A stretch of DNA of 64,000 bases from Epiperipatus broadwayi (GCA_028023455.1 JAQFVV010000002.1:19158001-19222000), one strand, 5' to 3'. Counted from the first letter of the stretch, positions 26,590 to 40,194 are shown. Translations and numbers: made by a program. The notes: generated from the sequence alone by a model not told the origin.

Positions 26590-26890
26590 TTAACAGGGGC
26601 AAAACCCTGCTTATAATACTGCCATTCAGTGCAAGTCAGAATAACCAATGGATGCAAGGTTTGTGTATAAAATCTATCTTGTGCCTACTCATCCAATATC
26701 CTCAGACTAGTTTCTAGCTTGTGGCCTTCATTAGTAAGAAGCCTTGGATCTGAGAACATTACACTTAGATTTTAAGATCCTATGCAATCCTTCAGCAGCC
26801 ACTGGGGGGCAATACTATATGGAGAGTTTTGCCTCTGTTACAATAGATTGTGTAAGCATAAGGAATGGTGATCATGTGATGTTTAAAATG
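26590..26890 (-). mobile_element. Family A copy with short inverted arm
   Basis: Hammerhead at 26699-26740 with a G5A change: TTCTTA CTAATGA AGGC-CACAA-GCTA GAAA CTAG TC TGAGGA. It is followed by the inverted atggagagttttgc...gtgatcatgtgatg arm. Confidence 0.75.
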
Positions 26891-27396
26891 GAGAGCTGTT
26901 TAAATTATCAGAAACTGTTTGTAGCTGCAATAACAAACATTTTTATTAATGTTAAATACATATACAACTCATGTGTAGACCATTTCATATTTGATAAATA
27001 GTAGATACATACACATCTCAACACTTTAGAATAATTTTTAGTAAAGAAGTTAAAATAAATCGGATTGGGAATAGCAATTCTCCAAAGATGAAGTATATCA
27101 CTTAGTCATAATTGACTATACAAACCGTAGTTTCAGTTTGCCTTAGAACATAAATACTTATTTTATTATATTTCGGTAAATAATATACATTTGTTAAACA
27201 TTATCTTCACTAAAATTTATTCCCAAATCTTACCTTCAAACTCATTAAATTTAATTTGCTAATAATATATATATGCTGAGATAAAACAATGAGAATGAAA
27301 CTACATTCATTTCGTATTATTGGATTAAAAATAAGATTGTCTGTCTGTCATAAAAAATTGTGAATCCAAAAATAAAAAATAAAAAAGTAAACAAAC

Positions 27397-27665
27397 CTAT
27401 CAGCATCCCATCTGGTAATCGTTCCTAGTAAAAATGAAGGCTCATTTAAATATCCTTGTATTTGTGGATCGGCAGAGAAAACTACACGAATGCAGTCAGA
27501 AGTGTTAGATGTATTCAAACATGTTGGAATTTTGGTCCATCTCCATGACTGCACGATAAATATTAACCATTCATTAATTAGAATAGTAGTGCCTAGAAAA
27601 AATATTATTAACTTTTGGTTTTTATTTAACTGTCGATAAGCTTTCCAAAAAAGCCACCTCGGCAT
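27397..27665 (-). CDS. First coding exon of a metallophosphoesterase 1 homolog (MPPE1/PGAP5-Ted1/Cdc1 family)
   Basis: ATG, an N-terminal TM segment (LIIFFLGTTILINEWLIFIV), metal-binding motif VVFSADPQIQG, then ITRWDADR and a GT donor (GATAG|gtttgt). The ORF-track tail FVYFF... is intron read-through. Downstream exons were not identified. Confidence 0.85.
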
Positions 27666-27679
27666 GGACTTAACTACTT

Positions 27680-27900
27680 ATGACAAGCAATAAATAATTT
27701 ATTTAGTTTAATTAATTTTATAACATTTCATACCAAAACCTTTTAATTCATAGTAGAATAGCTTCGCAGTCAATGCTTAAACCGGTTTGATTCGTGTTAA
27801 AAGTTTACGTTGATATCATTACAGCCGAAGCGCGGGCACTGTTTGTAACTATCTAAATAATACGGTCAACCAAAGAAGAGGTATACTATTTACAAATCAA
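27680..27900 (-). promoter_or_regulatory. Probable promoter / 5' UTR region of the metallophosphoesterase gene
   Basis: Local enrichment of CpG (gcgcgggc, ccgaag, ttcgc, accgg) immediately upstream of the ATG exon in an otherwise CpG-poor window. Inference only. Confidence 0.35.
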
Positions 27901-29879
27901 AGCGTAATCCATTTATGTTTTTAAATTTAATATTCAAAAATGTAACATTGTTCTAACAATTAAAATTACATAAGTAAGGGTTCAATTTTTTTAAGTTTGC
28001 GGCCGTTAAGTTCTGCTCTATAGTGATATCGTACATATTTTTTTTCATAGTTGTGCGAAATTAAATCTAACTAATTAAATATCATCTTGTTTATTAATAT
28101 ATATTAAATTAGTAGGCAAAAAATTGCAAACTAGTAAGAAGTAAGCATTTCTACATCTATAAATTACTAAACATTGTTTGAAACTAACTAAACAAAATCT
28201 GCCATGTAAAACGTTTAATTGAATAAATATAAGAAATGCTGGATAAATAATAAAGAAACATTTAATATTATTTGTCTAATTATTTATTTGATACTTTTTT
28301 TAAAATATAAAGATATATACATTTTTTTAAAAGATCAATTCAAATGAACGGAGGGAGGGAAAAACAGTTTTTAGAATTTCTCTTAAACTGGATATTTAAA
28401 TGTATACTGTACTCATAAAAATATTATAAATATTTGAAAGTAAAATGAATATACGCGTCTGAACATCGATCGCTGAATATGTATATGTTTAATATTTATT
28501 ATTGAATCAAATGCAAATGGTTTGTTTCAAAACTTTGATGAAAATTTAATTATTAAATAATTTTAGAAAAAATTTAAACTTTGTTTTTACTTTTATTATT
28601 ATGTCTCAACTTACCTTCAAGTAATGGACTTGTCCAGATTGCAATTTTATTGCGATTGGATTCAGCATTCATAACTATAAATCAGCGAATACGTATAGAT
28701 AAAATATAGCCAATGACAGAAACCAGCCAATAGTTGAAGATACTCAATGAATCTGCTCTCATTAAGAAAAAGGACTCTGCTATAAATTAGCAGGCCATTT
28801 GAAAATAGAATCAGGCAACAATGGATATTATACTGATTGCCCCATATTTGATTGCAAAAGCAGTGAGGCACATTCAAAGTTGAACGGGAAGCAGCTAGAT
28901 ATTAAACCTGACACAAAAACTATCATGTACAGCTGGAAGTGACACACCATACATACATAAAATAAGCTATCACAAAAGAGCTGAAAGTGTTAGGCATACC
29001 TAGAAGGGCATCTGAAGTCCTTTGCTTGAGTAGTTGTATGGCAACTGGACATTATAGCTAACCCATGTATCAGGCCAACAATATGTCCGATGTTTATGGA
29101 AGTTCTTAAAATATTTAACCCAATTGTGTAGATCTGTGTTTATCATATGATATAACATTTATATGTATAATCAATTACTAATAGTAATGCACAGATTAGT
29201 AAATAACATGTTTTAATAACATTACTGTCTTCCCCAAGTATTGTCCTGACCAGTAATAGTACTAGCAATAGGAATTGAACCTTAGGTCTTTAAATTCATG
29301 AATACTGAGTTTAAAAAAAAAGATTTAACCAATTAGTTTATTCTGTCAAAATTAACAATCAACAGAAATATTTATATATCTGACTAAAAGGATTATCTTA
29401 ATTTCTCTATTTTTCATTTTAAAATCAAGATTAATGAATGTTTTTCAAACACTGATTGTCACATTATGTTAATTTACTGGGTTATTTGTTATCATGTGAT
29501 CAGCTTCTTTAAATGTTTCTTTTACTTTTGTTCTCTACCCAATATTTTCTCAATCAAACATATTCACTGGTCCATGCATGGTCTACTGACATATCTGGAT
29601 TTTTTTTTTATTCTATTCATTACCTTTTAATCATTTTTTAAAAATAAGATAGCTGATTTTATAATATATATCTTTTCACATCCGTATAGTATTTAATACT
29701 TGTTTTTCAGCATTTTAAATTTAGGTTTTATAGAGTTTAGAATTCTTTACAGTCAGCCAAGAGTTTAGAAAGCTTAGTTTTCTTTTAGTCACTTTGCTAT
29801 CTCTGGTTTGCATGAATATATTACAATATTTATCATTATTTTTTTTTCTTTTGTAAAAGAAATATCAAAAGAAAAAACA

Positions 29880-30260
29880 ATGATAGTTACTCTAATGTAT
29901 TCAAACATAGTAATATCAGACAAACTAAAGAAAATCTGCAATCAATATAACATCAGAACAGCTTTTCAACACCAAGATATCTATAAAACTTGAACTTGAA
30001 AACTACATCTTATGAAATACTGTGTAAATGTGAAAATATATGTCATTGAAAGGCAATTAAAACAAAATAATAATTACAATTCTGTTGAAAATAATAGTTC
30101 ATGCATTTATCAACCAACATATTCAAATGGGAAAATCATAGAAATATTGAATAAAGAGGAAAAATAAAATAGAATAAAATTTTAAAAAGTTGTTCATATG
30201 ATAACAGCAAATAGTGTCATAAATCAACCTAATGTGAAAGTCTATAATGTTTGGAAATCA
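29880..30260 (+). mobile_element. Degenerate Penelope-like fragment (RT-EN linker and EN)
   Basis: ISDKLKKICNQYNIRTAF followed by YEILCKC resembles the PLE linker and the start of GIY-YIG. Many frameshifts. Confidence 0.5.
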
Positions 30261-32679
30261 TTCATTTTATTATTTAAAAAAATGGGTAAATTAAGAGGTC
30301 TTCATAGATGAGTGTATAAAAATTTCTACTGACTCTTGAAAGAAAATATATGATTAGAGTGTTAACGTAAATTCAATAATCACTATCATTGGTTTGATTT
30401 TCATGCTAATACTGTCAACTCAGATAATCTGTGTTATTACTAACAATTAAATGTGTTTAGAAAAATAGTTTGAAATCTAAAAGCATTTAATAGACTAGAT
30501 GATGGAAATAATTCAACTGGCTCTTTTATGTTCATATATGATTAAATTGTTAGGTTATTGGTAAAAGTAAGTATTTGTACAGTTAAAATTTCATTTTACA
30601 ATCTTTCATTCTTTTTTCATTTGATAGTCGATAACATGAATCTTAAGTTGCCTTAGATTAAATTCAAGATTTTAATTGAAATTTAAATAGTTATTAATCC
30701 CATAAATTGTAAATAACATCAAGGTTGCAATTGGCATTGTAGTTTGCTTAAGATATATTTCTGATATATGTTTCATGATTAGAATAATTGATTGTAATTG
30801 TCAAACTGATAGTGGTGGTTATTATTTGTCAGTACTAATTTGTTACATTTCTAATGTGATTGACTTTAGCTGCTATTTTGAATTGTTAGTAAAGAAAAAA
30901 GTTATAATTATTATATTTTCTTTGCATTTTTAATCTAAGAAATTTATTTAAGTTTAATAAAATTTCTATTCAAAATAAATAACTCAGATTACAATTTTTT
31001 GATATATGTACTTGGAAGAAGAAAACAAGTTATTAGATTATTTAAAAAAAAGTCTCGATTAGGTATTTGAAAGTTAGAGCAAGAGATCTGAGTCTGAAAG
31101 CTTTCTGAATTGATATATGAGACTAGTCTTTGTAGATAAATGATGGCTATAATTTAAGTAGGGAATCTTTTATGTATTTACTGTCCCTTTTTTAAAAATG
31201 ATAACCTACTCAATGCCTTTTTATTACAGCTTGCAATTTGTATATATTTAAATAGAAGTATAAATTTATGTAGGAAATACTTGTTATGATTATTCATTAT
31301 TCAAAAGTTTTTGCCATTTACTGATGACATGAAGTATGCCATATATAAACTACCAACCACCCGTGTGATTGTCACGTGACCCGAGTTCTAAATGTCTTGC
31401 ATTTTCGCATACTTTTTTATCACTTAGATATGTCAGATGATGTTTTTGGTCATTTTTGAAATTCAAAATGGCGGAGATTGCATACTAAAAGAGCGCCCAT
31501 TCTTTTCCTATATCTAAAATACTTTCCAATATTCATAATCTAACAGCACTATATAAACATAAATATGGTAGATACACATAAAAATAATTTATTACTACAC
31601 ATTATAAAATAATCATAAGAGACTTGAACACAGACTTTCAACCTCCCATCAGCTATCTGCTCTATGTCATAGCTGTTGGAAGCTTGAAAGTCTATGCTGA
31701 AGTCCCTTATGATTATATCTAAACTCCAAGTATATAAATTATATTTGTATTCACTCAAATATTACAAAATATTTTTTTAATTACAAAATACTTATTTCTC
31801 CTAATATTTGTGTTGGTAAAAGATTCACAATAGGTTTTATTATTTGTTCATTGGTTTTCTTTATTTTTAGGAGTATTAATAAATTCAAATAGGTTGAAAG
31901 TTTTTTTTTGTTCCAATATTTTTAAGAATAAATTTAATTTTTCCTTCCTATAATCTTTCACATTTTAATTTCAATTTTATATTTAGTAGTAAAGGTATAC
32001 CACAGACTTTTACTGAGAAAACTAAATCACTGGCTTAAATTAGATTTACATAAAATACTTGGGAATGTTTTATATAACTCACTATAAGGTAAATCCTAAA
32101 TATTACTCAAATTCTTTTTCACTTGATCATCTATGCATTTTCATATAGTCATATGATATTTAATCTAATTTAAGCACTTACATTCTACTCTTGGTAATTA
32201 TCATTAAATGGTGTAGATTAGCTTGTTAAAACCATATATGCTGCAGGCATACACCTTACTCAGAATGCATTAGCACAGGCTATTTAAAACCTATAAAACC
32301 GGAGTTTAGTATATACTATAAAACTCATAATATGATTTAATTGAAAGCTAGTAATCAATTAGTTTAAATAGTTGTCATTATAGGTCATTATGTTTCAGTC
32401 ACATTGCACACACATCAAAAAGTGCATGCAAATCATTTGAAACCTAAAATTAACTGTTGCCACCTATCATTAGTCATCTGAATGAAAGAAGAAAATAATT
32501 CAATTTTATATTTTTATAAATAGATTATTTCATCAGAAAATTATTTCCAATTAATAATGATAATATGATCTCTTTAAATTTAAACATTTTAACTATTTTA
32601 CATATTGTTTAAATGTAATAAAATAAAATAAAAAACAATTCTTATCTCTATAAAATAATATTTAAGTGATCTTTATATT

Positions 32680-33760
32680 CATCATCATTATCGATGAAAG
32701 TCTCCAATTATAATCCAGTTTTTCCAATTTCTAGCCTCTGTTTTTCACAACACACCATAACATTATTTCATCCTGTTGTTTCATATGGGTTGTCATTCTA
32801 AAATCTTTTACAATCTTGAGATACTATTTAAGATATCAATTATTCATCTATTATTATCTCTTCTTGCAATATGTCCAGCCCAGCTCCATTTTAGTCTCTA
32901 TTTTTTCAATGATATCAATAATAATTGTTTGTTCTCTCATCAATGTATTTCATTTTCAATTTCAGGTTGTTATTCCTAATATGTATCTCTCCATATTTTT
33001 TGATTAGTTTGGTCTGAATTGCTTTTTTGTTAAGTATCCAAATCTCAGATCCTTTAATAAGAACTGGTAAAGCACATCTAGTAATTTTTTTTCCTTTTCA
33101 AGCATATTTGCATATTTCTCTTTAATATAAAGTTATTTTTAATAAAAGTATAATTTTACGATTAATTTTATTCATTATGTTTCCATTTGTATTAATAATC
33201 TGACAAAGGTATTTGTTAATTTTTGTAATTATTGATCTTTATTTTCTAATATAATCCATTGAACATTTGTCTTTAGTTTTACTTTTATCTGATAACTCTT
33301 GCAATATTTTCTGAAACTGAAACATTATTTGCAAAAACAATCGCATCATTCACAAAGTTTAGATGACTTAAATAATCTCCATTTGTATTCCCTTAGCTTT
33401 CCATTTTAATCTACAAAATATTTCTTATGAAGCTGCTGTAAAAAGTTTTGGAGACATGGAATCAACCTATCTAATACTACTTTCAATATTAGTCTTCTTA
33501 GTATCACAATATGATCTAATCATTGTTATTATATGTGGGTAAATATTCTTTAGAATATGACAATATCTCTGATCTTTATTCTGATCATCCAATGTTTTAA
33601 TCATTGCACAAATGCTTATAGAATGAAATGCCTTTTCATAATTACAAATCCAAAGCATGATATCAATACATATTCATTGAACATTTCTATAACTTTTCTC
33701 AATATTAGAATGTGATATATATGCTAAAACCACTTTTAAATCCATCTAGTTATTTTAATT
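32680..33760 (-). mobile_element. Degenerate RTE LINE copy
   Basis: Collinear with 17940-19140 (NYEKAFHSI, SMSPKLFTAA) and has an atc-repeat tail near 32680. Confidence 0.85.
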
Positions 33761-35377
33761 GAAGTTAGAACTTGAAACAACCATGAGAAGAGATATTCAC
33801 ATTACAGTAAATAATGGTGCACAACATTGTAGGCACCAAACAATCCTGGTTAAGTGAGGTTTACAATACAGTAAATAATGGTGAACAGTGTGTTAGGGCT
33901 CAAAACAACATAGACAATCTGATCTAGGTGTAGGTATAATATTAGATTAAAAAAAGCATAATAAATGGCTTCAGCGAAAGTAGAAATTAATAGAATTGTA
34001 CACTGGTCCGGAAGGCCATCGTTTTGACTTCAATTATACGCTAATGAAACTAAATGAAAATCCGATACTATAGCATCTATTTTTCCCTGTCACTAAATAT
34101 CACATTTCAAATATGAATTTATGTATACTGTAATCACATTTTTTTCATGATTTAAATACTATACTTATTCACTTCTAGTTAAAGCACATGTAGTGATTTT
34201 TTTCCGCAGCATTTTTTCCTTCAAAAAGTTTTATTCCAATACAATATTTTTTTAAAATCCAGAAATGTAGCTAGTGATTGTTCTTGAAATATATATATTT
34301 TTCTCAGTTGCCTTAATAAATTACTTCCTTTGTTTAAAATTGTTCATAAAAAAATTATTATGGTTTATTAGTGGCGGAACAAATATTTTTTTTTATTGAT
34401 AAATATGCCTCATTGTGAATTTGACATGTGACAGCCTTATGAAGAAACATTTATACATTCACCAGTCAGACAACAGAGAAAATAGGGAGTTTATATATAA
34501 GATTAAAGAATTTGTTTTTTTAATAGTTCTCATCTATACTGGATTTCTTTTTTATTAGAAAAATTTTCTCAGTAATTAATTTATATCGGGAATTTTTTTA
34601 GAATTTATTTTAAAATATTCTTAAAACCTGTTCTCATTATTTGGTTACTTTTACACAAATGCTGATTAATTAACATCTCTTGGATTATACATTTGGTGTT
34701 TTTTATTGTAAATATCAATTCTTAATTGATTTTGTTTGCTGATCATCTCATAAGAATCTTCAAGGGTATGTAAACTAATACAGTGTTGTTCCATGGCTAT
34801 TTCTCTTTATTAGATTATCTGTAATTATTAAGTGGCAAAAGATGTTCTTTTTATACAATTTTGACGCAAACCATAAGTAAATCTAAAAGATAGATTCATT
34901 GCTATTATGATAAGATTTAATTTTGAAAAATTATATAAATAGTGATATAAATAACTATAATATGAAACTGAAAGTTTAATTGCTGTGAAAAAAAATTCTA
35001 ATAAAATACAAAAATAATATCCAATAGTATTAAAATTGTGATGAAAATATTAAAAATGTAAAAAAAAAAAAAATTATTTATTTTTCAAAACAGAATGTCC
35101 TTAATTAAATATAAAGGTTTATAAACAATATATATATTTCATATAAATGCAACTTATCCACTATGCTTTGAACACTTTTTAGAATGTTTTGTTATATCAA
35201 AAAGATGGTCTAATTGACTCATTTGCATAGAATTTGCATATTATACTGATATTTCAACGAATGAGTTAGAATTGGCTATGATTATGAGAAGTACAGTTTC
35301 TCGAAAGCGCTCAGCCATTTTAAATATTTTATTTACAGCTTTATGTTAGAAGTGTGATAGCACTATTTAATATTATC

Positions 35378-35539
35378 AAAACCTTTTATTGTACATATAT
35401 GCATACACAATCTTACATTTCCATCTGTCCTGTTATGTTATGCATAGACAATCTTACGTTTTAACTGACTTATAGTCTAAGACTGTAGGATAGTTGAAAT
35501 GTAAGATTGTGTAGGCATATATGTACAATAAAAGGTTTT
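35378..35539. repeat. Foldback with a decayed Penelope-type hammerhead in the loop
   Basis: Arms aaaaccttttattgtacatatatgc-tacacaatcttacattt and its reverse complement. The loop contains GACTG-TAGGA-TAGTT GAAA TGTAAGA, matching GACTG-CAGGA-CAGTC GAAA CTGTAAGA at 52974. Confidence 0.65.
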
Positions 35540-36185
35540 TCTAAAAAGTATTCAACGCAGAGTGGATAAGTTACATTTATATAAGATATTACAGCAAAAT
35601 AAAGGAAGTGGTAGATTTGGTTATATATGTATTTCTTTAATTGTAAATGAGTTCAGAGACCTTTTGGAAAACAAAATCATTTAAAAAATAACAAACAAGC
35701 CTAAGAATAGGAAATCTTACATATTAGTTTAAATAAAGTAAATAAATAATCAAATAGCATTTTTGCTCAGGGGTTCATAAGAAATTTGAGTGCAAAAGTA
35801 CCAGAACAGAAATCAATTGGTGGACTTTAAACTCTAGAATTTGAAAATAATTATATAAAAACTAGGATTAGTAATAAAAAATATATAAATAAAGTTTAAG
35901 AGTTCTTCTTTTTATAAAGAAATGATACTTTTCTTGTTAATTTAGTATTGAGAATATTGATTTAAGAAGCAAAACCCAAATGAGGTGAAATATGAACATT
36001 AACCAGAGATAACACCAAACTAACTGAAATATTAATGATGATGATTTTATAGTATACTTTATATATATATAAAGTGCTTAAATATCTCATATGCCCAACA
36101 ACTTTTATTATTATAAAACCAATAACTTGTTAGTTATTCTTTATAAATATAAGGGATTTTATTCTTTATAATCTTAGTAAAATTT

Positions 36186-36825
36186 AAACAAGGCAAAACT
36201 CTCCATACAGTAGTGCCACCCTGTGCCAATGAGAGTAATCAATGGATGCCAGAAGGCTTGTGCATAAATCCCTATCTAGTGTCTACTCATCCAATATCCC
36301 CAGACTAATTTCTGGCTTGTGGCCTTCATCAATGAGGAGCCTTGGATCTGAGAGCACTGCACCCAGATCTTAGGATCTAAGGCAACCCTCCAGCAGCCAT
36401 CTTTTATCTCTACTTAACTACAAAACTATGAGAATGAAATTGAAAATACAATAATATTTTCACTCTAAGCTCAATAGCTTATATAGTCATGTGGGTCTGA
36501 ACTCAGTTCAGTACTCATACATTTTGGTGTCTTTGGCTCTTTAACAACCATAGCCACAACTATCTTATTAGGCAGGATTGGTGTTAAACCACTAAACATC
36601 ACATGATCACCATCTCTTATACTAGCACATAATTGTTATTAAACAAGGCAAAACTCTCCATACAATAGTGCCACCCTGTGCACAATCCTTCTGGAATCTA
36701 TTGATTACTCTGGTTGGCGCAGGATGGCACTACTATATGGAGAGTTTTGCCTTGTTTAATAACAATTATGTCCTAGTATAAGAGATGGTGATCATGTGAT
36801 GTTTAGTTGTTTAATCTTAGTAAAA
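36186..36825 (-). mobile_element. Family A: one full 455-nt unit, a partial tandem repeat and an inverted arm
   Basis: aaacaaggcaaaactctccatac occurs at 36186 and 36641 (period 455). The terminal foldback spans about 36590-36825. The hammerhead at 36297-36338 has C3U and stem III changes. Confidence 0.85.
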
Positions 36826-38063
36826 TTTCATATAGAACAGAGGATATATATATATATTGCTTTGCCAAGAGAGTAGATAATTTAACAGAAAATTTTTTAT
36901 TACATGTTATCTATAAACTGTAAACAAAATTATTCAAAAATATAATAAATTTTAACTTTCAGTAAATTTAGATTTATAAAATATAAAAAGATATTCAATT
37001 TATTCATATTCTGTAATTAATGCTTTACAAAATCAGTTGTAATAAAATTATCTAAAAATAAATAAAAACGATGATTTATTTATTTATAGAATTAATAAAA
37101 ATTACTGAAAATTTCAAAATATAAAAGATATATAAATACAATATTACATTTGCACACTTTATAAATTTGTAAAGATTTAAATTGGAACTGTCATATCTCA
37201 ACAAAAGCATTCTCTACATTTATATGAAAATCTCTATTTTTTCATCATTATAAGAACTTGTAGAGCGAATACCTGGACTACCTGCATTTGGTATTGAATA
37301 ACTAATCTTGCCACTGAGTCCAGTATTCATCAATCTCCATAATTATTTTGTAGTAAAGTACATAACCATTTTTCAAAACAATTGCCTCTTTATCTTGAAG
37401 TCTAACATCATTGAGATTAACAGTACTATTTTAATAATAGACAGTTATTGCAATTATATAATCTTACTTCACTCAAAGGGGATCTACAATTGCAGATAGT
37501 TCTTCACTAAATGGCAGCCTGGTTGTGTAATCAGCAGTTTCTTAGTACAGTCCACCTTTAGCCACCTGCCAGTGCCTTGATTAATGAGTTTAAAGCCTCC
37601 TGCAAATAAGGATCACCATTTAAATTTTACGTCATGACTCTAAATATATAAAACAAAAAATATTCATATCCATCCTATCTTCAAGAAAATTAAACTGATA
37701 TTACAGTTATGAAATATCAGACAAACTGAAAAGAAAGGCCATTGAGTCTTAAACTCAGAAGTGTAATGCCAATAAACTCATCATACTAGCAAATGCATAT
37801 TGGCCAGCAGCTCAATTTTGTCCATTCACCATGCAAATAATCACATACTAATGACAACTATATAAGAATACGTGAAATGGATAGTGTGAATTTGTTGATA
37901 TTATGAATCTGTTTCACTCATTTCTTTTACATTTTCAAAGAGGATCCAAAAGATCTTCTTTCAGCTAAACTCAACTTGTTTCTGTAGCTATATATAAATA
38001 ATAATTAAAAAAGCAAGTCATATATAACGTGACATTACTTTTAATGAGCTTGTAGTTACAAAA

Positions 38064-38337
38064 ATGCACATAGAGAGCGTACCAATAGCTCAAACAAGCT
38101 CGTAATTAACAAGTGCAGTTATGAGAAATATTTAAAATCTCTATCCAGAACACTCTTATCTCCAGACCATGGTTTCGAGCTTATGGCCCACGTCAGTGGA
38201 GAGCCAGAACACTTGGACACGCTCGAAACCATGGTCTGGAGATAAGAGTGTTCTGGATAGAGATTTTAAATATTTCACATAACTGCACTTGTTAATTACG
38301 AGCTTGTTTGAGCTATTGGTACGCTCTCTATGTGCAT
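38064..38337. mobile_element. Family E: near-perfect foldback (117-bp arms) centred on a hammerhead
   Basis: Arms 38064-38180 and 38221-38337 differ at about one position. The 40-nt loop supplies the 5' half of the ribozyme. Confidence 0.85.
38159..38202 (-). ncRNA. Minimal type I hammerhead ribozyme, family E (A9U variant)
   Basis: TCTCCA CTGACGT GGGC-CATAA-GCTC GAAA CCATGG TC TGGAGA: 6-bp stem I, 4-bp stem II, ACCATGGT palindrome and GUC cleavage site. Confidence 0.7.
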
Positions 38338-38729
38338 ATATATAAATAGTTAGTTATTTTGCAAAGAGCTTTTCTTAATTAAGACAATCTATTTTATCAA
38401 TATTAATGACCTAATTAAATAAATATTTAGATATATAATTTTTCCAGATTTTATGTTGATTTATGTTTTGTGTTTCCACCCTGAGTATCTTTATTTAGAG
38501 AAGCATGGAATGAAATTCAGATTTTATATATATTTTTGCAAAATTCAGTGTTAATTTTTTCACTGCAAGAAATATTTTTGTGAAATTTTAATATCATGAG
38601 TATGTGTCTTTTTTTATACTTCATATATTTTTTTTCATTAAAACAAAGATTTAGATTTAATTGCAAAAGTCTATTCTTTTTTCATTTTCAGACAAAAATC
38701 TACTTGCAATAACCTTAATTTTTATCATG

Positions 38730-39180
38730 AAATAGGGGATTTGAACACAGACTTTCAAGCTACTTTCAGCCATCCACTCTATCTCATACAAGATCAAGCA
38801 AATACAAAAAAGATACACGATCTCCAATATATGTATTTCATGCTGAACCAGCACTCATCAGTTGGTCCAGGTCATCATCTCCCATATATATAATTAGTGC
38901 CTAGTTTATATTAGAATAGCAAATCATCACACTTTAATGGACATAATTCAATCTACTCTATCCTCCAACTCTTCAGCCATCCATACTATTGAAAATCTGA
39001 TTATGGAATGCAAACAAATCCTTTGTTAATGCCAATATTATTATCATACCAATGTTGACCTTAAGTCACTCTGACCCCTCATGTATAGAACATGTCCATT
39101 TAAATTCACAGAAGAAAAATGGGAAGAATACTGGTGGAGTTTGTAATATTTTAAATATAAGTATATTTTTTCTACCTGGA
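38730..39180 (-). mobile_element. Family C hammerhead repeat, near full unit
   Basis: Reverse complement of the 2510-3014 and 14270-14610 repeat. Confidence 0.75.
38824..38865 (-). ncRNA. Minimal type I hammerhead ribozyme, family C (intact core)
   Basis: CCAA CTGATGA GTGCTG-GTT-CAGCAT GAAA TACATA TA TTGG, with an AUA cleavage triplet. Confidence 0.75.
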
Positions 39181-39613
39181 GTATTGAATGTTGTTCTTGT
39201 TTTTATCAGATCTAAGTATTCTAAAATGATGGTATTATTTATTATACCCAATGACTGAGCATTTAATACTGAAAAATAAATATATTTGCAAGTTTTTGAT
39301 TTTATTAGTGCATCTTCCACTTTAGCTCAATTCTGTTACAACCAGCCATCAATCCAAAAGTCAGACCAACCTCTCACACTGTAGATACATTTGAAATATA
39401 ACTTTTTCAAGAAAGCCATTGTTCTATCAATTAATAATAATACAGTGGGAAATAATATTGCTTCAAATAACCCAAGTTTTAATCCAGTTGTAATATTAAG
39501 AGTGATGAATATGGCATTTTTTCCTGATAATTTTTCGTTATCTTCTCTCCCACTTAACATAATTTATTCTAGAACCTCAACTTGACAGTTAAATTATAAA
39601 CTTTTTTTTCATA

Positions 39614-39698
39614 TGTCAAATGCGTTGACCAGGAAGCAAATCTGGGCCAGCTGCTTGTAAGGCAGCTATGCTAACCGCTAGGCCACTAATGCTTGACA
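39614..39698 (-). mobile_element. tRNA-Gly-derived SINE copy (no insertion, degenerate T-arm)
   Basis: TGTCAA GCATTAGTGGCCTAGCGGTTAGCATAGCTGCCTTACAAGCAGCTGGCCCAGATTTGCTTCCTGGTCAACGCA TTTGACA followed by an A tail. Confidence 0.75.
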
Positions 39699-40194
39699 GT
39701 TACATTTAACAACTAAATATACAGAATTGGCACATTTTATTGATTTTTGTTTGAGTGCTTTTAATTGTATCTAACTGAACAATTATAAGCTTAGAATTTA
39801 TTTATACATAATTCTTTTTACTAGTATACAGATTTAGAAACATTTTTTAAAATTTTATAATCAATAATTTCTAAATCAAGTTGTGTTATTATCTTTGCTG
39901 CTTTTATGTGACTAATATTCATCTATGATTCTAATTGTACATAAAGCAATTTTTAATTATTTGTTATCTTTTTGAGCTTATAAATACTAAATTTGTGTTT
40001 GTTTATGTTAAGAAATTTTGCGTTTTTTAAAATTCTTCTCTCTCCCAATACTGTTTTCATGAATTTTACCAATTTTAATCCTTCTACTGTCATTCACTCT
40101 AGCAAGCTTTTTTTTTATTGCTTAAATTTGTATTATATATTTTGTTTTATAAGTTTTTTTTTACCTGTTTCTTAACTTTATATTAAAATACAAT

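Noticed and set aside
28615-28908. Minus-strand segment with good acceptor and donor, and a 58-codon plus-strand frame
   Set aside because: All minus frames contain stops and the plus frame has no known motif. It could be a UTR or non-coding exon, which cannot be verified here.
31360-31500. gtcacgtgac and caaaatggcgg (E-box and YY1-like motifs)
   Set aside because: These could mark a promoter or a transposon end, but no adjacent exon, TIR partner or TSD was found.
37270-37600. Exon-like minus-strand region, including a cadherin-like GLSGKISYSI
   Set aside because: The frames are interrupted by stops and the resemblance is too short to call.
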